Of a stretch of 64,000 nucleotides of DNA, positions 39,962 through 50,391 are shown piece after piece. Under the pieces are notes generated by a model. The model was given only the letters and a program-made list of their open reading frames with translations. It was not told where the DNA came from and searched no databases. The position numbers and the translations under genes are program-made. How positions within the stretch are numbered: position 1 is the stretch's first letter; each line of letters starts with the position of its first letter. This DNA is from Nitrospirota bacterium (GTDB lineage Bacteria; Nitrospirota; JACRHJ01): positions 32,001-96,000 of the forward strand of contig CAWJRJ010000016.1 of assembly GCA_963845245.1 (NCBI GenBank), written 5' to 3'.

Positions 39962-40154
39962 ATGAAGATACGTGTGGTAATAGAAAAAGATGAAGACGCT
40001 TTTGTGGCGCATTGTCCAGAACTTCCAGGTTGCCAGAGCTTTGGATATACCGAGGAAGAGGCAAGGAAGAACATCGAAGAAGCCATAAGGCTCTACCTGC
40101 GGCCCATCAAAACCGCTTCCGAAAGATGCCAGTGTCTATGAGATAGCAGTTTGA
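39962..40154 (+). CDS. hicB: HicB antitoxin, short form (frameshift near 40105)
   Basis: MKIRVVIEKDEDAFVAHCPELPGCQSFGYTEEEARKNIEEAIRLYL; the corrected end YEIAV-TGA overlaps the hicA TTG. Confidence 0.88.
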
Positions 40155-40387
40155 CTCCGAGGATGCCTCGACCATCCGTTGACGAGTTAATACGCGCTAT
40201 CAAGAAGGCAGGATTCGAACTCATAGACCAAGAGGGCAGCCACCAGAAATGGCGACACCCAATTACAGGCAAACAGACCATTATTCCCTACCATAAAGGC
40301 GAGACGGTAAGACCGAAACTGCTTAACAGCATCCTGAACGGTGCTGGGCTTACTGTGGACGATTTCGTAAAACTATTAAATAAATAA
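40151..40387 (+). CDS. hicA: HicA toxin (mRNA interferase)
   Basis: ELIRAIKKAGF...QEGSHQKWRHP...IIPYH...LLNSILNGAGLT. Confidence 0.92.
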   Translation: MTPRMPRPSVDELIRAIKKAGFELIDQEGSHQKWRHPITGKQTIIPYHKGETVRPKLLNSILNGAGLTVDDFVKLLNK

Positions 40388-40523
40388 TTAGGTCACAGAA
40401 CATTTGACCCCCAAACTGAGATACTCCCAATTTCTTTCATGCCTTGACATCTAAATACCGAAAAGAGATAATAATGGCGGGAGCAATCCCGCCGTTATAG
40501 TTTTAAACCCGCAGGTGTAAAAG

Positions 40524-40848
40524 ATGAATCAGGATAACCGGACTAAAAGGAACACCGCGAATAGTGGTGATAGTCCTGGTCTGTATCGGGCTGGCGCTAA
40601 GGGGCCTCCCGAAGTCCGTCCCGGACCAGACGAAGGCCGTGGCGGTCGTGGTCGTCGCCTTCGCGTTTATCGGATTAATAATCTTCGGGTTTATCAAGGG
40701 CAGGAAGAAAAAGCCGAAGGTAAGCGGCAAGGACAGGAAGAAGTTCAAGACGATAAACGGCGGACTGTCAACCGTACCCAAACCGAATAAAAAGTCCCCT
40801 GAACACCTCAAGGTCATCTCATCCGGCAAGAGCGGCAAGCGGCAATAG
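40524..40848 (+). CDS. Small two-TM protein with Lys-rich tail (probable frameshift near 40538)
   Basis: Two hydrophobic helices and a basic tail in ORF 40564-40848; ATG 40524 with AGGTG RBS; TTGACA-N17-GATAAT at 40444-40472. Confidence 0.55.
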
Positions 40849-40860
40849 CCGACCAAAGTT

Positions 40861-40956
40861 CTGGATTCCCGCAGCCCTCACCCGGCGCTTCGCGCCACCC
40901 TCTCCCATAACATGGCGAGGGTTATATGGAGGATATCCACGGAGGGCGGGAATGAC
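40861..40956. repeat. Nested extragenic palindromic repeat elements
   Basis: CTGGATTCCCGC...GCGGGAATGAC ends enclosing CCCTCACCCGGCGCTTCGCGCCACCCTCTCCC...GGCGAGGG. Confidence 0.65.
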
Positions 40957-40970
40957 GATCAAATCTACCG

Positions 40971-42483
40971 TTACCTCTTTAACTCCCTCTTCAGAATCTT
41001 TCCTGTCGGCGTCATAGGTAGCGCGTCCAGAAACTCGACCTGCCTGGGTATCTTGTACGCGGCGAGCCGATCCTTGAGGAACACCTTCAACTCACGCTCG
41101 GTCAGCTTCATCCCTTCATTGACAGTGACAAACGCCTTCGGCATCTCGCCCCGGCCCTCGTCCGGTACGCCGACCACGGCGGCCTGCCTGACTGCCGGGT
41201 GGCGGTAGATAGCCTCCTCCACCTCACGCGGGTATATGTTCAGACCATGCGAGATTATCAGGTCCTTCTTCCGGTCAACGATGAATATGTAGCCGTCCTC
41301 GTCCTTGTAGCCAAGGTCGCCGGTGAACAGCCAGCCGTTGCGGATGGTCGCAAGGGTCGCTTCCTCGTTGTTCAGGTACCCCTGCATGACGTTCTCGCCG
41401 TGTACTATTATCTCGCCCACCTGACCGTGCGGAAGCTCAGCCTCGTCCGCATCCACGATCTTTACTTCCACGCCCGGAATGGGTACGCCGACGGAACCGG
41501 CCTTATGTGGGCCGTCCAGCGGGTTGCAACTTACCACCGGAGATGCCTCCGTCAAGGCCGTAGCCCTCAAGCAGCGGGACGGGATAGTTGCGAGCGAACC
41601 GCTCCAGCGCGTCCACGGATAGCGGCGCGGCCCCGCTTATGCAGACCCTGAGCGGGAGCAGCCAGAAGATGAACCGGGGGAACTTCTTCGTGGAGAGTAT
41701 GTTGTAGACCGGCGGTATGGCGACGAAAAAGGTGGCCCGTCCGAAGACGACGGCCTTTATGACCCTGCCGAACGGCTTCACGGATGTGAGAATAATAACC
41801 CGCGCCCCGAGCGAGAGGGGAAGGAGCAGGCAGACCAGGAAGGTGAAGGCATGGAACATAGGCAGGAACAGCACGAAGCGGTCCCTCCTTGTCACCTTGT
41901 AGGCCTTTGCGGCCTCCTCGGCGTTTGCCAGCAGGTTCCTGTGAGAAAGCACCGCGCCTTTTGGGCTGCCGGTGGTGCCGGAGGTGTAGAGTATCGCGGC
42001 GGGACCAGAGCCGTCGCATGTGCCGCCGCTAGATTCTGGTATGGCAATGGCTTCATGGGAAACCATACTGTCGTATGAAACCACGCCATCGTGAGCCTTC
42101 CCGGTGACGATTATATGTTTTAAGGAGGTGTTTTGTTTTATTGGCAGTATCTTGTCGAGGAGGTCTTCGGAACAAACGATAACCTCCGCGTTGCAGTCAT
42201 TCAGGATGAACTCTATCTCTGGCGGGGCAAGGAAGGTGTTCAGTGGCACCAATGCCGCTCCGGTTGCCGATGCGCCGAAGTATGCGACGGCGAACTCTGG
42301 GCAGTTGGGCATAAGCAGCGCGACCCTGCCGCCCTCAGTGGCTCCAAGCGACCTGAGCCCCGCCGCAAAACCGGATGTCAGACCGTAAAACTCTTTATAC
42401 GTGTACTTGCGGCCCTCGAAGACCAGCGCCACCCTCATGGGATGATTAGCGGCGACCTCCTTCAGCCGACCGGCCAGAGTCAA
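40971..42483 (-). CDS. Long-chain fatty acid--CoA ligase (frameshift near 41555)
   Basis: YTSGTTGSPKG, EGYGL/TEASP split by the shift, GWLFTGDLG, DRKKDLI, PMTPTGKILK. Confidence 0.92.
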
Positions 42484-42728
42484 ATCTCCTCGCCCTCCGT
42501 TAACCTGATTGCGTCGAGCAGCTTTTGGGCCTTTTCGTAGTCGTGGGCCTTCACCATGACCGATATCTCACCGAGTCTGCCTATAGCGACGGGCAGTTGG
42601 GAGACTCGGTTCGACTCGGCACGGCACTCCATACCCTCCGACTCCAGAAGCCCCTGCGCGATCGTGGCCTCTGACTCATCGTCCGTCTTCAGGACCTCCA
42701 TCCAGTTCTCAAGTGGTTTCTTTTCCAT
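42480..42728 (-). CDS. DUF2007 family small protein
   Basis: EATIAQGLLESEGM...ISVMVKAHDYEKAQKLL. Confidence 0.75.
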   Translation of the reverse strand: MEKKPLENWMEVLKTDDESEATIAQGLLESEGMECRAESNRVSQLPVAIGRLGEISVMVKAHDYEKAQKLLDAIRLTEGEEI

Positions 42729-42898
42729 AAAGCCCCCTGTCTGTAGGCCGGAATTGATGTAAAAGCTTGAAATTTCCTCCGACTGCCTTTATTATATCAT
42801 GTCATCGCCTACAGGTATCAGTATAATCTGGTATAATTATGTCTTTATATTAATTAAGAAGAATGCCGATAAAGTGTAACTAAAAGGAGGATTTAATC

Positions 42899-43981
42899 AT
42901 GGCAAAGAACACGGAGAAGCTGCTGGCGATGAGGCCGGCCCAGGTTACCAAGAAGCTCGGAGCGAATACGAAGGTCTGCCTTGTGTCGTCCGCGCCGATA
43001 TTCAGTGCGCTGAAGGACGAAAAGGTCATCATAATGGCCTGCAATACCAGCATAAAGCACGTCATCCCGGGCATCATGAGGGCGGCCAAGGAGCTGGACG
43101 CTATCGTCGCGTACGAGCTTGCCAAGTCGGAAGGCAACCTCAAGGGCGGCTACACCGGTATGGACCCCTTTATCTACTTCGACACAGTAGTAGGGTATGC
43201 CGATTCCATCGGGTTCGACCTGCCGTTCTTCATACATGGCGACCATGTCACGACAAAGTCCACCGAGCCGGATGTGATTGCGGACTCGCGTGCGCTGATA
43301 AAGGCCGAGCTTGAGGCGGGCTACACGTCCATCGCGATCGACGCGTCGTTCAACCACGTGCCGGAGAACATCATCGTATCGACTGACCTCGGCCGCGACG
43401 TGATTGCGGCAGGCGCGGGCCTTGAGGTCGAGGTGGGCGAGATAAAGTCCACCGGCTACGAGGGCGACATAACGACCGTCCCCGAGGCGTACGACTTCAT
43501 AAAGGGCCTGGCCGACAACGGCATACACCCCAACCTGCTCGCGATAAACAACGGCTCCAAGCACGGCAACTACAAGCCGGGCGAGGAGGTCCACATAGAC
43601 CTGAAGCGCACCGGCGAGATATACGACGCCATCAAAGGCTTCGGCGTGACGATCGCACAGCACGGCATAACCGGTACCCCGCTCGACCTGGTCGGCAACT
43701 TCGCTGACTACGGGATAAGGAAGGGCAACGTCGGCACCAACTGGCAGAACATCGCGCATGAGGGCCTGCCGCCGGAGCTGATGAAGGAGATGCGCGACTG
43801 GGCTGCCAAGGAGGGCAAGGACATAAAGTTTGCCACCAAGCAGTTCTACAACGAGATAAACAGCATACCGGAGAAGTACGTAAAGAAGATCGAGGAGGAC
43901 TCCTATAAGTCCGCCTGCGACTTCATAAAGGCATTCCGTGCGGTCGGCACGGCCTCGAAGTTCATAGAAAGCCTCGGTTAG
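42899..43981 (+). CDS. fba: Class II fructose-bisphosphate aldolase
   Basis: IHGDH, DAS, EVEVGEI, AINNGSKHG, AQHGITG, KGNVGT. Confidence 0.9.
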   Translation: MAKNTEKLLAMRPAQVTKKLGANTKVCLVSSAPIFSALKDEKVIIMACNTSIKHVIPGIMRAAKELDAIVAYELAKSEGNLKGGYTGMDPFIYFDTVVGYADSIGFDLPFFIHGDHVTTKSTEPDVIADSRALIKAELEAGYTSIAIDASFNHVPENIIVSTDLGRDVIAAGAGLEVEVGEIKSTGYEGDITTVPEAYDFIKGLADNGIHPNLLAINNGSKHGNYKPGEEVHIDLKRTGEIYDAIKGFGVTIAQHGITGTPLDLVGNFADYGIRKGNVGTNWQNIAHEGLPPELMKEMRDWAAKEGKDIKFATKQFYNEINSIPEKYVKKIEEDSYKSACDFIKAFRAVGTASKFIESLG

Positions 43982-43992
43982 GATTTCATATC

Positions 43993-44023
43993 AGGGGGAT
44001 GGCAGCGATGCCGTCCCCTTTTT
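43993..44023 (+). terminator. Intrinsic terminator after fba
   Basis: GGGGATGGCA-GCGA-TGCCGTCCCC-TTTTT. Confidence 0.8.
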
Positions 44024-44051
44024 CATCTTACGGCCAAACGAGCGAGGTCTT

Positions 44052-45710
44052 ATGAAACGGCTCCTGTTCTTCCTGTCCGTCATCATCCTGATCCCATTAC
44101 AGGCAGTTGCGGCCCAGCCGGAGATAACCGCCGAATCTAAAATCACGGCTGTGACGGTCTACCCCGACCGGGCGATGGTAACGAGGAAGGCTACCGTAAA
44201 GCTTGAAAAGGGCGATTACAGGGTATTGTTCCCGGACCTTCCCGGCGAGGCGCTTGAGGACTCCATCCGCGTGAGCGGACAGGGCACCGCAAAGGCAAGG
44301 ATAGGCTCGGTAGACACGAAGAAGGCCTACCTTGAGTCTGTGGGCAAAGAAGACGTAAAGAAGCTCCAGGATGAGCTTCAGGGGCTTATGGATGAGGACA
44401 GGAGGCTTGCCGACGAGCTAAGCCTGGCCGCAAAACAGAAGGAGTTCTATCAGGCGATACAGTTCCACAATGCCGAGGTCTGGTCGAAGGAGATAACGCA
44501 GGGCAAGCCCACTGTGGACGACTGGGCAAAGGTCGTCACGTTCCTGCAGTCTGGCCAGCGCGACGCGGTCACACAGGCACAGGGCCTGGACATAAAGAGG
44601 CGCGATCTTAAGGACAAGATAGAAGCCCTGAAGAAGCGCCTTGCCGAGATGCAGTCGGCGGGCGGCAAGGTAAGGCTGGCCGCGACCGTAGAGGTCACGG
44701 CGCTTACGGAAGGAAACCTGGAGCTTGAGCTGAGGTATCTCGTGATGGGCGCGACATGGTCTCCCTATTACGAGGCTAGAGCGGATGTTGATTCCGGAGC
44801 CATAGAGCTTGACTACATGGGACAGGTGAGCCAGCGTACATCGGAGGACTGGAAGGACGCGGAGCTTGCACTCTCGACCGCCCGCCCTGCCGCAGGGGCA
44901 GCACCGCCCGAGCTTTTCCCGTGGTATGTAGGGATATTTGAGCCTGTGTTGCAAAGGTCGGTGGGCGGCATGATGATGAAGAAGGCCGCACCCGCGCCAA
45001 TGGCCAGGGCGAAGGACGAGGATATGGGCGGGATGAATGAGGCTGAGAACGCGCCCATGCCCGCCGAAGTGGTAACGGCGCAGGCCGAGACCGCAGGCAC
45101 GTCGGTTGTATTCAAGGCACCTGGCAGGGTCGACATACCAGCCGACGGGACGTCCAAGAAGGTCACTCTTTCGCAGGAGAAACTTAAGGCCGCGTTCAGT
45201 TATTTCACCGTGCCGAAGCTCTCGCCCTTTGCATACCTGAACGGCAAGATAGAGAACACGACATCATACCCGTTGCTTGCAGGGCAGGCCGGCGTGTTCA
45301 TGGGCGGGGACTACCTCGGCAAGTCGACCATGCCCCTTACCGCGCCAGGTGGGACGGCGGAGCTTTCCCTTGGCATAGACGAGGGGATAAAGGTGAAGCG
45401 AGAGCTGGTGAAGAGGCAGGAGGAGAACACCGGCATTATCTCCAAGACCCGCCGGATAAGCTTCGCATACAGGATAACGCTGGAGAACTTCAAGAAGACG
45501 AAGCAGAGTATTACCGTACAGGACCAGCTACCGGTATCCCAGCAAGCGGAGGTCGTCGTAAAGGAAGTGAAGATCGACCCCCAGACTACGGAACGGGGAG
45601 ACAACGGGCTGCTGAAATGGCAGCTGGATATGGCGACAGGCGAGAAGCGGGAGATATGGCTTGAGTTTTACATCGAGTTCCCGCGCGACAAAAACATCTC
45701 CGGTATATAA
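44052..45710 (+). CDS. DUF4140/DUF4139 (MuiA-like) secreted protein
   Basis: Signal peptide, ITAVTVYPDRAMVTR, SIRVSG, QRTSEDW...LSTARP, DQLPVSQ. Confidence 0.88.
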   Translation: MKRLLFFLSVIILIPLQAVAAQPEITAESKITAVTVYPDRAMVTRKATVKLEKGDYRVLFPDLPGEALEDSIRVSGQGTAKARIGSVDTKKAYLESVGKEDVKKLQDELQGLMDEDRRLADELSLAAKQKEFYQAIQFHNAEVWSKEITQGKPTVDDWAKVVTFLQSGQRDAVTQAQGLDIKRRDLKDKIEALKKRLAEMQSAGGKVRLAATVEVTALTEGNLELELRYLVMGATWSPYYEARADVDSGAIELDYMGQVSQRTSEDWKDAELALSTARPAAGAAPPELFPWYVGIFEPVLQRSVGGMMMKKAAPAPMARAKDEDMGGMNEAENAPMPAEVVTAQAETAGTSVVFKAPGRVDIPADGTSKKVTLSQEKLKAAFSYFTVPKLSPFAYLNGKIENTTSYPLLAGQAGVFMGGDYLGKSTMPLTAPGGTAELSLGIDEGIKVKRELVKRQEENTGIISKTRRISFAYRITLENFKKTKQSITVQDQLPVSQQAEVVVKEVKIDPQTTERGDNGLLKWQLDMATGEKREIWLEFYIEFPRDKNISGI

Positions 45711-45732
45711 AATATAAATACGAGGACCACAG

Positions 45733-47026
45733 ATGATTGAGACCATTACCGACGCGTTGAAGCAGCGCACCGACATCACGGCCTGGCAGGTGAACCGGGT
45801 CTATACACGCAGCAGCCAGCTCTTCCTGATAAGGGAGGAAACAGAGTCCATAAGGCGCGTGGAGACCGTTAAGTATTACATTACCATCCACCAGGAGCGC
45901 GAGGAAGACGGCAAGAAGGTGCTCGGCGAGTCATCGTTTGTCTATATTGAAGGCGAGGACATGTCCCCGAAGCTGGACCTTGCGGTGCGGATGGCGCTTG
46001 GCGTGGCGAACCAGCCGTGGACGCTGCCCGGGCCTGACCAGCGCTACCTCGACTGCGAGATAAAGGACGCCTCGATAGAGACCAACCCGGAGAAGGTGAT
46101 AGACCATATAAAAGAAGAGATAATATCCTCGGTGGGCGCGCTCGAAGGGGTGAGGCTCTCGTCCGCAGAGGTCTTCGCGGACTACCAGGAATACGAGTTT
46201 GTCAACAGCCTTGGGTTGAAGGCGAACGCAACAGACACGAAGATACTGTTCGATTTTGTGCTGCTCACTGGCGAGGGCCACGACGAGGTGGAGTCGTCCG
46301 GTTACAAGACCGTCAGGTTCTATAAGGACCTGAAGGTGCGCGAGACCCTGAAGGAGTACGCGGCCTTTGCCGTGGACAGCCTTACGGCGAAGCATACCGA
46401 GACTGGCAAGTTCGATGTCGTGTTCGCGGAAGAGGCGCTCGACAACCTGTTCAACAGCTTCATATCGCACGCGGGCGGCTCGTCGGCATACCAGGGCTGG
46501 TCGCGGTTTACGAAGGGCAAGCCGGTAATCGAGGACCCGGAGGGCGAGCTTGATTACGCTTTACAGCAGCCCGCAGTTACCGGGCGGGCTCAAAAGCGGC
46601 CCGTTCGACGAGAACGGCCTTGCAAGGAAGCGCGTCGAGGTGATAAAGGAAAACATTTTCAAGAAGCGCACCCTCGACAAGCGGTACTCGGACTACCTTG
46701 GCGAGGAGCCGACCGGCTCTTTCACAAATATTGAGATAGAGACGGGCGCAAAATCCACCGAGTCGCTGCTTACGGAAGGCTGCTATTACCTCTTGCGGTT
46801 CTCCACGTTCGAGCCGAACCCAGTCACCGGCAACTTCTCCGGCGAGATACGCACAGGCTATAAGATAGAGAACGGGAAGAAGGTGCCTATCAAAGGCGGG
46901 AGCGTGCAGGGCGTCATTCAGGAGGCCTTCAGGCGCGCATGGTTCTCAGCAGATAAGACGACCCGCCCGGCATACCGCGGGCCTGCTGCGGTGAAGCTTA
47001 TGGGGCTGGAGCTGGCCGGGGAGTAA
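45733..47026 (+). CDS. TldD/PmbA family protein, PmbA-like (frameshift near 46550)
   Basis: TGKFDVVFAEEA, SGPFDENG, NPVTGNFSGEI, PIKGGSVQG. Confidence 0.8.
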
Positions 47027-48654
47027 GCCTGTAGGGCAAGAAAAGCAGGAGCAGAGTCAAAATGCTTATTATCTTCCCGGCTTTCCTGGGCAGGGTGTCA
47101 CCGAATTCTAATGTGATGCTATGCTTTCCGGGTGGCACGTCAATTAACATCGCGCCAGTACCGGCTTCGGGATATAGCCTGTATTCGCGGCCATCAACAT
47201 AACCGCGCCACCCGGGAAAGAAAAATGACTTTATCCGGAGTCTTCCGCCGCTTGTGCTGTCGATATCGATCTTCCTGCTTATATTGCCCCACTCTTTTAT
47301 TTCTGCGTTAATGCCGTCGCCGGTTAGTATCCGGTCGTCTGCGCTCGTGGAGCCAGCCGTCGAGTCTATCGGCAGGTATTCCGCCATATCCATGTCTTTG
47401 TTGACCTCCGCCTCTTGAGGGACAGATGCCGGCGCAATTGCGACGAGAATCAGGTCATAACCACCCAAAGCGAGCAAAAGTAATGCCGCCGATAATATCA
47501 TTATCACGTTGGGCCTGGCTTGGATAAGCCTGTCGGCCGCTACTCCGAAAACGGCCGGGACGAAGATCATGAATATGGTAATAAAACGGAACGGGAACGC
47601 CACCGAGGAAAGACCGGGTAGTACCTTCCATAAAGGCAATGACAGGGAAGATATCATGAAAAGGCAGACGCACACAGTGAGTAACATGAATGTGATTTTG
47701 CGTGAAAAGACAAACAAGCCCTTGCGGACTGCGAGGTAAACTGCTGCTCCGGTGAATACCGTTTCGGCAATTATCGAATTCATCAGGATCTGCGGAAGGC
47801 GTCCCGTTACGGATGGGCCAGCCGTGCCGGTAAAGTCGAATACGAAGCTGGGCCGTGTAAGATAGATGTTAAGCCTGTCCAGATGTACATATCCGCGCTC
47901 AAGAAGTACCGGGAGAAAGAAGAAGGCGGCAGCAGCCATGCCCGCAAGAATACCTGATGCAAGCCTGGGAAGAACCTCCTTTGGCGGTCTTCCCGTATAA
48001 AGAAAAGCAAAGGCAATAAGAAAAGGGGTGAAGATATATGCGGTGGCAAGGTGCGAGAGTATGAGGGCCGAATAAGAGAGGGCCATCCATGCGAGGTTTC
48101 GTCGTTTAAAAGGCCCGTCAATAAGACGCCATGTAAAAAGCAGCGTTAAGGGCATCAGCGCTTCGGCAAATCGCCCGGCATAGGTATTGATATAGTAAAG
48201 AAAAAGGAACCTGGTCGGGGTGAGGCAATAGGCGGCCGCCCCTATGAGCGCGGCCCTCTGTCCAAATGGCCTGTCCAGGAGGTAATATAGGGATACGCCG
48301 CCCACAAAGAGCGATAAGAGCTGGAAGAAAGATAGTGGAAAAATCCGGGCCAACCCCGGCCAAGCCCGCAATCCCGGCCAGATAATACAACGAAGGGGAA
48401 TAATAGACAAAGACCGGGGAGCCATATCCGCCGAAGCATTCAGCCATCCAGCGCGGGTATAGTATCCCCTGCCTGAACGATTCGGTGAACTGCAGTATGT
48501 ACTTATGCGTGTAGGCTACGTCGTTCTTCCAGATGCAGTAGTAGCCAGGATGAAGAAGCTGCCAGCCTATGGCGGCAAGGGCGCAGGCAAGGATCAGCGC
48601 ATATGGGCGCAAGATATGGGTTTTGTCTGGAACAGGCAAAGGCTTCTCACTCAT
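46998..48654 (-). CDS. 6-pyruvoyl-tetrahydropterin synthase-related / YfhO-like GT-C membrane protein, copy 1 (frameshifted near 48330-48400)
   Basis: SFRQGILYPRWM...GYGSPVFVYYSP in ORF 48118-48654; SHLATAYIFTPF, FFFLPV, EYLP, FFPGW in ORF 46998-48425. Confidence 0.82.
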
Positions 48655-48712
48655 AAGTTATATTTTCATAATAATATTGTACAGACATTGAATTGTACAC
48701 TGAAAAAATAGT

Positions 48713-50377
48713 CTATCTGGAAAAAATCCGTTTATACGGGAACACCATGGCGGCTAGTGTAAATATGCTGAGCGCCGCCCCGACGTTCCGTGCAGGGGTA
48801 TTGGTAAATTTAAGGCTGACGATATGCCTGCCCGCCGGGACATCTATCAGGATTGCCCCCGTCTTAGCCTCGGAGCACATATTAACCTCATTGCCGTCTA
48901 CCCACACCCTCCATCCGGGGAAGTTGAATGTCTTTACCCTGACCCTCGCGCTATTTGGCGTGTCGATGTTGAAGTATCTGTCTACGTATCCCCACTTGGT
49001 GACATCTGCCTTGAAGCGTCCTTGAGACGAAATCAATGGACAGGATTCAAGCGCATTAATGCCATCGAGATCTACCCCTTTCGGGAGATATTCCAACTGG
49101 AAGTCAGGGTCGTGTATAAACCTCATAACATAACTGTCCGTGAGCCCGGGTGAAAAACGTATCATGCCGAAAGCGGACAGCGGGGCCACCGTCAGAAGGG
49201 CGATGTGCAGGGCAGTGATCAGCCGTGGCCGTGTGACCTGTCCTATCATAGAGTCCGCGGCAATACCCAGCAGGGCGGACATGAATACTAGGTAGACGGC
49301 CAGGAAGCGGGAAGGGAAAACTATAACCTTTAACACCGTAATGTTCTCCCATAAGTACCCTGACAGGAACGACATCATGAACAGGCAGAATAAAACGGAT
49401 GCCAGGAAGAAGTATGTCTCGCGGTCAGGACGTGAGCGCTGGCGAAACCGTACGATTAGAACGATTGCAAGGAGCAGCCCGGCTTCCAACAGGAGGCTGG
49501 CGTAGAGGCCCCCGTAGATCGTGTCGAAATATTTACCTCTGACATGTGCCGGGCCGGTAAAAACGAGATGCTTCCAGTACTGGTATTCTTCGCGGGTGGA
49601 AAGATAGCTTATATGTACGTAGGCGCGTTCGAAAAGGACCGGCAAAAAAAAGAACGACGACAACAGCAGACCAGCGCCGAGTCCCAGCCCGGCCTTTAAC
49701 ATGACCCCGGCCCTCTGCCCACGTTTGCCCGTGACGAGCATGTAGGCGAGCAGGAAAGGCGTAAACAGGAATGCGGTGGCCAGATGCGATATTACAAGCC
49801 CGGAATACGAAAATGCAAGCCCTGCGAGATTTGCGCGGTTGAACGGTTTTAATTTCAAGTTCCGTGCGAAGAAGAGCGCCATAGGTAGGAACGCCTCTCC
49901 GAACCGTCCGGCAGGTGTGTTAATGAAGTAGAGGTCGTATGCCCTCGCCGGCAGGGTCACGTAGAATATTGCCGCGATAAGTGCCGCCCTGTAACCGTAT
50001 CCATCCTTCAGGAACTGATAGAGGAATATGCCTCCGATGCATAGCCCGGCCAGGTTGATTGCCGCAATTATAAGCGGGAGGCCGATGTTTGAAAAGCTCG
50101 CGATGGATGCGATGAAGTAAAGGAGTGGGGAATACAGTACAAAAACAGGCGAACCGTAGCCCCAGACGTCCTCGGCCATCCACCTCGGATAATATATGCC
50201 CTGCCTGAACGATTCCCTGAACTCCAGGACGTACTTCGGCAGCATGGCCGCATCCTGGTAGTACACGTGGTAGTAACCCGGATGGATGAACTGCCATGCG
50301 AGCGTAAGGGATGCGCAGGTAAATATTATTGCATAAGGTAGCCAGTTTCGGTGTGCGGTCGAAGTATGCAATGTCAC
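48713..50377 (-). CDS. PTPS-related / YfhO-like GT-C membrane protein, copy 2
   Basis: Same motif set (YPRWM, GYGSP, SHLATA, EYLP, NFPGW). Confidence 0.87.
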   Translation of the reverse strand: MTLHTSTAHRNWLPYAIIFTCASLTLAWQFIHPGYYHVYYQDAAMLPKYVLEFRESFRQGIYYPRWMAEDVWGYGSPVFVLYSPLLYFIASIASFSNIGLPLIIAAINLAGLCIGGIFLYQFLKDGYGYRAALIAAIFYVTLPARAYDLYFINTPAGRFGEAFLPMALFFARNLKLKPFNRANLAGLAFSYSGLVISHLATAFLFTPFLLAYMLVTGKRGQRAGVMLKAGLGLGAGLLLSSFFFLPVLFERAYVHISYLSTREEYQYWKHLVFTGPAHVRGKYFDTIYGGLYASLLLEAGLLLAIVLIVRFRQRSRPDRETYFFLASVLFCLFMMSFLSGYLWENITVLKVIVFPSRFLAVYLVFMSALLGIAADSMIGQVTRPRLITALHIALLTVAPLSAFGMIRFSPGLTDSYVMRFIHDPDFQLEYLPKGVDLDGINALESCPLISSQGRFKADVTKWGYVDRYFNIDTPNSARVRVKTFNFPGWRVWVDGNEVNMCSEAKTGAILIDVPAGRHIVSLKFTNTPARNVGAALSIFTLAAMVFPYKRIFSR

Positions 50378-50391
50378 TCTCGGTTTGACGT

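Noticed and set aside
40471..40498. 12-bp GCAA-tetraloop hairpin overlapping a -10 box
   Set aside because: Cannot distinguish a terminator from a 5' UTR stem; no recognisable RNA family.
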